This document shows, one piece after another, positions 57,163 to 64,000 of a stretch of 64,000 bases of DNA (position 1 is the stretch's first letter; each line of letters starts with the position of its first letter). Location of the stretch: assembly GCA_040901675.1 (NCBI GenBank), contig JBBDYJ010000006.1:93288-157287 (forward strand). Reading direction: 5' to 3'. Origin of the DNA: Pirellulales bacterium. GTDB lineage: Bacteria; Planctomycetota; Planctomycetia; Pirellulales; JAICIG01. The notes under the pieces were generated by a model, which saw nothing but the letters and a program-made list of their open reading frames with translations, did not search any database and had not been told where the DNA came from. The translations under genes and the position numbers were made by a program.

Positions 57163-59994
57163 CTATTGTAACTCGGGGGGCAGCTTTTCACCCCGTTTTG
57201 CCGCCGCGGACCGAGTGGTTATGTAGAGCACCCCCGGGCCGCCATCCTCTCCGGGTTTACTGACATAAACCAGTTTGCCCGCCGGATTGGCCTCGGCCAG
57301 GATCCGCGCCAGGATCGTGCGGGCCGGCAGGTTTCGCTGGTCCAAATCGAGAATCTGGTTCTTGGTGATGCCTTCGATCTCCAGATCGCTGCCCAGGATC
57401 ACGATTTCCAGGCCGATGTCGTCACTCAGAAGCTCGATGGCGGCCTCCAATGTGTTGGATGGAAAGCTCAACGAAGTCACCTGGTCGAGCCCCTGGGCGG
57501 CCGGCGGAGCCGCCCGGACCATGCCGGCGGCGCTGCTGGCGCCGGGGGTTTCGAGCAATGCCAGATGGCCGCCCAAGGCCAGGTTGTGGGCGGCCGGCGC
57601 CGGCAGGTAGGCCCGCAGCACGACCTGCTTGCCGTTCGTACCGGCCCGCGCATATTGGCCGAGCACGTCGAGCCGGACTGGGAAGTCCCAGAGGACCTCC
57701 TTGCTGTAGGCCGAAAGCGACAGATCGCGGAGGTACTGGCTCGCCTGCCGGCCCAGTCGGCTGACTCGCTGGCGCAGCTCGCGGGCGACCATCGGCGACG
57801 GCCTGCCGGCGAAGCTGTTGTAGACGACGAGCTCGAGGAAGAAGTGCTCGTCCAGGTGCAAGCTCAACATCACGGCCTTGGGCAGTTCAGGCTTCCGCTC
57901 GGCATCGCTGAAGGTCAAGAGGGCCTGGAGGGGATCGGCCATGCGCGCGGCCGGGGTGGCGGCCAGCCCGCCGGCCTGCGGGCCGCCCGTAAAGACAAAG
58001 CTCGGCGCCAAGGCGAGCGTGAAATGCCGCTGACGGTCGCTCGCTTCGAGTAGTATCTCCAGCTCACGCCGCAGTGCAGGGGCCTGTCGGCCGGTGGCGA
58101 CGATGGCCTCGATCTCGCGGCGAGGCGCTACGACAATCAACCGGTCTTCCGGATCGCCGGGCAGGTAATAGGCCCGCTGATCACGAACATAAATGGTCCG
58201 GCCGCCCGTTTGCTCCGGCGACGGATTTCCCCAGGCGGCCAATAGCTCATTCGTCGGCACGGGCGACACGGTTCGTACGACCAGCGCCGTTTCAGGAGCC
58301 GGCCCGCCGGTATCGACCAGGCCAAGCAGAACCTGCTCGATGTTGTCCAGCGACGTGCCGGCTTGCCCGGGCAAGTCGCTCAGGACCGCTTGAGACAAGG
58401 GGCCCAGCGTTCGCGGATCGGTTAGCTTGCTCCACTCGTCGTGCTCGACGAGCTGGGCGGGGGCCAGCGAAACAACGGCCTGCACGCCCGGCGGCAGCCA
58501 TGCCAGGTCGAGCGGCTCACCAGCCGTCGGCGACTGCCAGATCGGTTCGCCGTCGAGGCCGTTGATGTCTTCGAGTTTCGTTGCCGGGCCGGCTTGCTCG
58601 GAGGGGCCCCTGGCGGGTTTCGGTCTGGAGTCTGCGCCGGCAACGGCGAGGCTGCCCTCGGACGGCGCGGGGGTTTCCGATGGCTTATCGGCGGTCATAA
58701 GCAGGTAAGCCGCGCCGGCAACCACCAGGGCCGCAAGCGCCACGCTGGCCACGGACCAGGCAATTTGCGACGAACTCCGCCGGCCCCGCGCGCGGGTCAG
58801 GCTGGCCGTCTCGTGGGCAACCACGGGCGGGAAGGCTGGGGCGGCTGCGAGGGGTAATTCACCGGCTGGCCGCGGCGAGACGGCCACCGGGCGGCTGATC
58901 AACGGCTGGGACTGGTTGAACGGTGCGGGCGGCGCGCTGGCCCGATCGAGCCAGGCGCGGTAGGCCTGCGCTGTGGCAGCGGCGGGCGAGGGCCGCGGGT
59001 CCGGACCTGCAAACGGCGCCAACACCTCGGCCGCGGCGGTTGCCTCGTGGAGTCGCTGCTGGGGGTCGGGGTGCACCAGGCGAGCGACCACGTCGGCCAG
59101 GCCTTTGGGCAGGGCCGGTGCAAGCTGCTGGAGTGCCTTGTGAGGGTCGATCTGATCGAGATACTCGTGCTGGAGGCCCGCGGCGAGCAGATGGTAGAGC
59201 GTCACGGCCAGGCTGTAGACGTCGCCGTGCGGACTAAAAGCGGCGGCCCCGGAGGAGATTTCCGGCGAAAGGTAGGACTCTTCGCCCAGCGCCGGCGGGG
59301 GCGGCTCGGTTGCCAGGGGGTCGTACACGAGAGGGAAGGCCAGCAGCTTCGTTTCGCCATGCTCGCGGACCCAGAGATTGGCGGGGCGCACCCGGCCATG
59401 CACGACGCGCATCTCGTGCAGGCGGGCCAGGCCACGGGCGGCGTGCTCGATGATGCGGCAGGCCCGGGCGGGGGCGAGCCGTCCCCGCGAGGTGAGCAAT
59501 TCCTGGGCGGTCTGGCCTTGCAAGGCTTCGACCGCGATGAACTTGTAGGCCCCGAGATCGACCAGCTCGTAGCACTCGACCAGGTGGGCGTGAGCCTGGC
59601 TGGCGGCCCTGGCGGCGGCCGCCTGTTGGCTGACTCGCAGCAGGGCCTGCGGATCGGCGAGTGCGGGTCCGGCCAGGAACAGCAAGCAGACTGGGTGGTC
59701 GGTGGGCAGGTGGCAGGCGCGGAACAAGCCGGCGAGTCGGCCATCTTCGATGCGGTCGAAAACGAGGTAATCGCCGTAAATGAAGGGCCCGGGGCGGCCC
59801 GCCAGGAGCACTTTGGCGTGATAGCGGGTCACCGCGCCGGCGGCGACCAGCCACCGCGCCAGCACTTTGGCATCGTTCTCGGAGGCGGCCGGGTTGGCTT
59901 TCTTGCAAGCGGTCCAGTGCTTGCGGCACTCGTTGGCGGTCAGCAGCCGGCTCTCGACAACGAGGTCGCAGAGGTTCGCGATCGATTGAGCCAT
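57163..59994 (-). CDS. Membrane-anchored Ser/Thr kinase-like pseudokinase with periplasmic domain
   Basis: Planctomycete kinase N-domain (LARWLV..G.VTRYHAKVLLAGR) and kinase fold (ARGLARLH, YLSPE, DVYSL), but HRD is HGR and DFG is AFP. TM and C-terminal STN-like domain. Confidence 0.82.
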   Translation of the reverse strand: MAQSIANLCDLVVESRLLTANECRKHWTACKKANPAASENDAKVLARWLVAAGAVTRYHAKVLLAGRPGPFIYGDYLVFDRIEDGRLAGLFRACHLPTDHPVCLLFLAGPALADPQALLRVSQQAAAARAASQAHAHLVECYELVDLGAYKFIAVEALQGQTAQELLTSRGRLAPARACRIIEHAARGLARLHEMRVVHGRVRPANLWVREHGETKLLAFPLVYDPLATEPPPPALGEESYLSPEISSGAAAFSPHGDVYSLAVTLYHLLAAGLQHEYLDQIDPHKALQQLAPALPKGLADVVARLVHPDPQQRLHEATAAAEVLAPFAGPDPRPSPAAATAQAYRAWLDRASAPPAPFNQSQPLISRPVAVSPRPAGELPLAAAPAFPPVVAHETASLTRARGRRSSSQIAWSVASVALAALVVAGAAYLLMTADKPSETPAPSEGSLAVAGADSRPKPARGPSEQAGPATKLEDINGLDGEPIWQSPTAGEPLDLAWLPPGVQAVVSLAPAQLVEHDEWSKLTDPRTLGPLSQAVLSDLPGQAGTSLDNIEQVLLGLVDTGGPAPETALVVRTVSPVPTNELLAAWGNPSPEQTGGRTIYVRDQRAYYLPGDPEDRLIVVAPRREIEAIVATGRQAPALRRELEILLEASDRQRHFTLALAPSFVFTGGPQAGGLAATPAARMADPLQALLTFSDAERKPELPKAVMLSLHLDEHFFLELVVYNSFAGRPSPMVARELRQRVSRLGRQASQYLRDLSLSAYSKEVLWDFPVRLDVLGQYARAGTNGKQVVLRAYLPAPAAHNLALGGHLALLETPGASSAAGMVRAAPPAAQGLDQVTSLSFPSNTLEAAIELLSDDIGLEIVILGSDLEIEGITKNQILDLDQRNLPARTILARILAEANPAGKLVYVSKPGEDGGPGVLYITTRSAAAKRGEKLPPELQ

Positions 59995-60213
59995 GGAGTG
60001 GTGGGTTGCCTCAGCCGGCGCGAGAGCGGTTGGAATGCCGTGGGGGCAGGCGGGTCCGGAGACTGCACCCAATCCGGCGGCGGTTTGCCAGCCGGCCGTG
60101 TACGTAAATGTACCGCGCGCCTGGGGAGGGTTGCAAAGTAAATCAATGACAACCTTTACAGCCGCTACAACCCCGCATTGAGCCAGTGCGAATCGAAAGA
60201 TATGATTCTGTCG

Positions 60214-61449
60214 ATGAAGGCTTTCGACACCACGCAGTTGTATTTCAACCGGGCCGCGGACGAGATTTCGCTTTCGGAAAACATCCGCCGGCTGCTGGTG
60301 ACGCCCAAACGTGAAGTGCGGGTGCAGGTGGCCATCGAGCGTGACAACGGCGAAATTGCCACCTTTCTGGGGTACCGGGTGCAGCACGACGACTCGCGCG
60401 GGCCGATGAAAGGAGGGCTGCGGTATCACCCGGACGTCAACCTGGACGAGGTGCGCTCGCTGGCGGCCTTGATGACCTGGAAGACCGCGGTCGTCAACAT
60501 TCCCTACGGTGGGGCCAAGGGGGGCATCGCCGTCGATCCCAAGACGCTCAGCCCGCGGGAGCTGGAGCTGATCACGCGGAAGTTCGTGGACGGCATCCAC
60601 GACCTGATCGGTCCCGATATCGATATCCCGGCCCCGGATATGGGGACCAACGACAAGGTGATGGCCTGGTTCATGAACCAGTATGCCAAGTACCACGGGT
60701 TCAGCCCGGCCTGCGTGACGGGCAAGCCGGTGGAGATGCACGGGCTGCCGGGGCGCGAAGAAGCGACCGGGCGGGGCGTGGGGATCCTGACGTACAAGAT
60801 GCTCAGCCGCCTCAAGCGGAAGCCTACGGAGACCCGCATCGCCTTGCAGGGTTTCGGGAACGTCGGCTCGCACGCCGCCAAGTTCCTGCACGAAGCGGAA
60901 TACAAGATCGTGGCGGTCAGCGACCTGAGCGGCGGCTACTACCGGCCCGATGGCTTGGACATTCCCGCCGTTTTGCACTATGTCTTGGAGCACCACGGCA
61001 GCTTGGCCGGCTACCTCGAGGCAGAGCGGATCACGAACGAAGAGCTGCTGGAGCTGGATGTCGACTTGCTGATTCCGGCCGCTTTGGGAGGCGTGATCAC
61101 CATGGAGAATGCCGGGCGGATCAAGGCGCCATTGATCATCGAGGCCGCCAACGCTCCGATCGATTACGACGGCGACCAGATCCTGCGTGAGCATGGCGTG
61201 ACGGTCTTGCCTGACATTCTGGCCAATGCGGGCGGGGTGACGGCCAGCTATTTCGAGTGGGTCCAGAACCGGCAGCACTATCAATGGGGACTGAGCCGGG
61301 TGCGGCAGGAACTGGACCACGTGTTGACGGAGGCGTTCGAACGGGTGTGGGAGATGTCGGTCGAGCGGAAAGTCAGTTTGCGGACGGCGGCATACATTCT
61401 TGGCATCGGCCGCGTCGGGCGTGCCACGGTATTGGGAGGAATAACATGA
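60214..61449 (+). CDS. gdhA: Glu/Leu/Phe/Val dehydrogenase (glutamate dehydrogenase)
   Basis: [39 protein letters not shown] and [20 protein letters not shown]. Confidence 0.95.
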   Translation: MKAFDTTQLYFNRAADEISLSENIRRLLVTPKREVRVQVAIERDNGEIATFLGYRVQHDDSRGPMKGGLRYHPDVNLDEVRSLAALMTWKTAVVNIPYGGAKGGIAVDPKTLSPRELELITRKFVDGIHDLIGPDIDIPAPDMGTNDKVMAWFMNQYAKYHGFSPACVTGKPVEMHGLPGREEATGRGVGILTYKMLSRLKRKPTETRIALQGFGNVGSHAAKFLHEAEYKIVAVSDLSGGYYRPDGLDIPAVLHYVLEHHGSLAGYLEAERITNEELLELDVDLLIPAALGGVITMENAGRIKAPLIIEAANAPIDYDGDQILREHGVTVLPDILANAGGVTASYFEWVQNRQHYQWGLSRVRQELDHVLTEAFERVWEMSVERKVSLRTAAYILGIGRVGRATVLGGIT

Positions 61450-61991
61450 AGACCGAATCGCTTCCGTTCGAGATCCTGAGGCGGATCCCGATTTTTCGCG
61501 GATTGTCGGAATCGGAGTGCCGGCAGTTGGCCGAGACGGCCGCGACGGTGGAGTTCGCTGCCGGCCAGGAAGTGCTGGAACAGGGTCGGCGCAGCCAGCA
61601 GTTGTGGGTGCTGCTGGAAGGGACGTGCGAGGTCATCAAGCGGCTGCCCGGCGGCGAGCGAGCGCCGGAGCCGATCGTGCTGGCCACGCTGGCGCCTTAC
61701 AGCAATTTCGGCGAGATGTCGTTTTTCCACTCGGCGCCGCACTCGGCCAGCGTGAGGGCAAAAACGCGGGTGAAGCTGCTGCTGATCGAGCGCTCCGACT
61801 TCGATGCGCTGGTCAGCGGCGAGGCGTCGGCCGCCTGCAAGTTGGCCATCAACACGGTGGCCAGCCTGGCCGAGCGCTTGCGGCGCATGGACGACTGGGT
61901 GGCCGAGCTGCTGGCCAACGGCACCGCTACCCAGCGCGTGCCGGAGTGGAACCAGTTGCGATCGACGCTTTTCGACGGCTGGACGCTGTAG
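61446..61991 (+). CDS. Cyclic nucleotide-binding domain protein
   Basis: [15 protein letters not shown] and [19 protein letters not shown] overlap with gdhA. Confidence 0.9.
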   Translation: MKTESLPFEILRRIPIFRGLSESECRQLAETAATVEFAAGQEVLEQGRRSQQLWVLLEGTCEVIKRLPGGERAPEPIVLATLAPYSNFGEMSFFHSAPHSASVRAKTRVKLLLIERSDFDALVSGEASAACKLAINTVASLAERLRRMDDWVAELLANGTATQRVPEWNQLRSTLFDGWTL

Positions 61992-62026
61992 TTCGTAGTG
62001 ACCCGATGAATGCGGTCACTACGAAC
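61991..62026. repeat. Palindromic REP doublet gttcgtagtgacc-N10-ggtcactacgaac
   Basis: 13-bp perfect inverted repeat between convergent genes, same family as 5215-5276. Confidence 0.85.
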
Positions 62027-62028
62027 GC

Positions 62029-63108
62029 CTAATGATCGTAGGGCGTGCCGGTGGTAACGGGCCGCGGGCCGGCGGGCGAGTGTACGACGTCGTTGAGGAT
62101 TTCGGCCGCGACGTCGATATCGGCCCGGCTCACGTCGAGGTGGGCCACGGCGCGCATCGACTGGCCGCCGAAGCCGCCGATCAACAGCCCGCGCTGACGC
62201 AGCCGGGCCGCCAGGTCGGCCGCGGTGCCCAGCCGCGGCTCGACGCGAAAGATCACCAGGTTCGTTTCCACCTCCGGCGGCCGAAGCTCCAGCCCCGGGA
62301 TGTTGCGGATGGCATCGGCCAGCCGCCGGGCGTTGGCATGATCGTCGGCCAGCCGCTCGACGTGGTTCTCCAACGCGTACAGCGCCCCGGCGGCGATCAC
62401 GCCGGCCTGCCGCATGCCGCCGCCGAACAGCTTGCGGTGCCGCAAGGCCAGGTCGATCAGCTCGCGAGGGCCGGCCAGCGCGGAACCGACCGGCGCGCCC
62501 AGCCCCTTGGAGAAACAGACGCTCACCGTGTCGAAGTGGCTGGCCCACCGGGAGGCCGCAATGCCGGTCGCCACCACCGCATTGAACAGCCGCGCGCCGT
62601 CCAGGTGCACGCGGAGCCCGTGCGAGCGGGCCCAGGCGCTGATCGCCTCCACGGTCGCGTAGGGCTGCACCCGGCCGCCGCCGCGGTTGTGCGTGTTTTC
62701 CAGGCAGACCAGCCGCGTGCGTACCAGGTGGGGGTTCGGCGGCCGCACCAGCCCCGCAAGCTGCTCGACCGACATAACGCCGTAGTCGCCTTCGACGGTC
62801 CTGGCCACCAGGCCGCTCAGTTGCGCGAAAGCGCCTTGCTCGTAGTTGTAGATGTGGCAGTTGGCCTCGCAGATGAACTCGTCGCCCGGCGCGCAGTGGA
62901 CGCGCAGGGCAATCTGGTTCGACATGCTCCCCGAAGGCACGAAAAGGGCCGCCTCCTTGCCCAGCATCTCGGCCAGGCGGACTTGCAGGCGGTTGACGGT
63001 GGGGTCCTCCGCGAAGACGTCGTCGCCGACTTCGGCGGAGGCGATGGCGGCCCGCATGGCGGGGGTGGGCCTGGTCGCGGTATCGCTGCGCAGGTCGATA
63101 AATCGCAT
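62029..63108 (-). CDS. ltaE: Low-specificity L-threonine aldolase
   Basis: IDLRSDT, VGDDVFAEDPT, LENTHN, HLDGARLFNA, CFSKGLGAPVGS and GGGMRQAG. Confidence 0.96.
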   Translation of the reverse strand: MRFIDLRSDTATRPTPAMRAAIASAEVGDDVFAEDPTVNRLQVRLAEMLGKEAALFVPSGSMSNQIALRVHCAPGDEFICEANCHIYNYEQGAFAQLSGLVARTVEGDYGVMSVEQLAGLVRPPNPHLVRTRLVCLENTHNRGGGRVQPYATVEAISAWARSHGLRVHLDGARLFNAVVATGIAASRWASHFDTVSVCFSKGLGAPVGSALAGPRELIDLALRHRKLFGGGMRQAGVIAAGALYALENHVERLADDHANARRLADAIRNIPGLELRPPEVETNLVIFRVEPRLGTAADLAARLRQRGLLIGGFGGQSMRAVAHLDVSRADIDVAAEILNDVVHSPAGPRPVTTGTPYDH

Positions 63109-63199
63109 GGTTGACGATTGTAACATGCATGCAGGCGGTGAACCATTGCGGCCTCGGCGGGTCTTTCACAGCGTGGGGGGCCAAGTCAGAATGGTACGA

Positions 63200-64000
63200 A
63201 TGAGCAGCGACATGGCGCCGACGGCCGGCCCTCTACGGATTCAGCGGATCGATGCCCGTGGCCACGAGCCCGGCGAGGCCTTGGCCGCGCTGCGGCGCCG
63301 ATTGAGCCCGCAGGGTGAAGTGGTTAGCGAGGCGGGGCGGCGGCGCACGATCGAGGTCTTCGGCGAGCCGCTCACACCGCTGGAGGTGGTCGAGCGAATC
63401 TGCCACGACGTGCGCACGCGAGGTCTGCCGGCGGTCCTGGAGTACTCGGCGCGGATCGACAAGGCGGAACTGACCGCCCAGACCATCCGCGTGCCGGCCG
63501 AGGAGCTGGCGCGGGCGCATGCAGCGGCCGCGCCCGAGTTGCTGGCTGCCGTGCGCCGCGTCCGCGACAACGTGCTCGCGTTTCAACACGCCATCCTCCA
63601 CCGCGACGTACGGCTCGACAGGGCGGCGGGCAGCTATCTCGCCCTGCGGTACTTGCCGCTTTCGCGCGTGGGCATCTGCGTGCCGGGCGGCGCGGCGGCC
63701 TATCCGTCGACGGTGCTGATGACGGCCGTGCCGGCGCAGGCGGCAGGGGTCGACCAGATCGCCATCGTGGCCCCGCCGACCCGGTTTGGAGCGTACAGCG
63801 GCGATCTATTGGCCACGTGCCACGAGCTGGGGCTGACGGAAGTCTACCGGCTGGGCGGCGCGCAGGGGGTCGCGGCTCTGGCCTACGGCATTGAGGGCCT
63901 GCCACGCGTCGATAAGATCGTGGGGCCAGGGAACCTGTTCGTGGCCTTGGCCAAGAAGCACGTCTTCGGCGACGTCGACATCGACTCGATCGCCGGGCCT
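63200..64000 (+). CDS. hisD: Histidinol dehydrogenase (partial, runs off the window)
   Basis: Translated by eye, as it is absent from the ORF track: [57 protein letters not shown] and IDSIAGP. Confidence 0.96.
   Translation, partial: MSSDMAPTAGPLRIQRIDARGHEPGEALAALRRRLSPQGEVVSEAGRRRTIEVFGEPLTPLEVVERICHDVRTRGLPAVLEYSARIDKAELTAQTIRVPAEELARAHAAAAPELLAAVRRVRDNVLAFQHAILHRDVRLDRAAGSYLALRYLPLSRVGICVPGGAAAYPSTVLMTAVPAQAAGVDQIAIVAPPTRFGAYSGDLLATCHELGLTEVYRLGGAQGVAALAYGIEGLPRVDKIVGPGNLFVALAKKHVFGDVDIDSIAGP

Noticed and set aside
59995..61320. N-terminal 442 aa of the 1385-aa ORF 57163..61320
   Set aside because: Mostly the antisense shadow of gdhA. The kinase-like protein plausibly starts at ATG 59994.

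Overview
This is a high-GC bacterial chromosomal segment whose gene content (DUF1501, DUF1549/DUF1553, DUF1559, DUF1570, DUF3500 families) points to a planctomycete, probably Pirellulales-like. The backbone is housekeeping and metabolic: argG, trpBA, mutM, a diadenylate cyclase, a GGDEF protein, cstA, gdhA, ltaE, a partial hisD and several transporters. The clearest accessory structure is a 3,686-bp IS1-family cargo transposon (25621-29306). It has 20-bp terminal inverted repeats (19/20 identical) and an exact 8-bp target duplication (CGCGGCCG). Inside are a frameshifted DDE transposase, a divergent small ribbon-helix-helix regulator with a shared inverted operator over back-to-back promoters, an intact DUF433/PIN (VapBC45-like) toxin-antitoxin pair and three small membrane proteins. 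Other notable items are a DUF488-DUF488-dual-OB operon, a heavily eroded tyrosine-integrase scar, a ppa fragment cut off at a REP hairpin, a pseudokinase/DUF1559 trans-envelope pair, many REP-like hairpin families, and heptamer tandem repeats at gene 3' ends. I saw no rRNA, tRNA or CRISPR array. All family calls come from motif recognition by eye, not from database searches.
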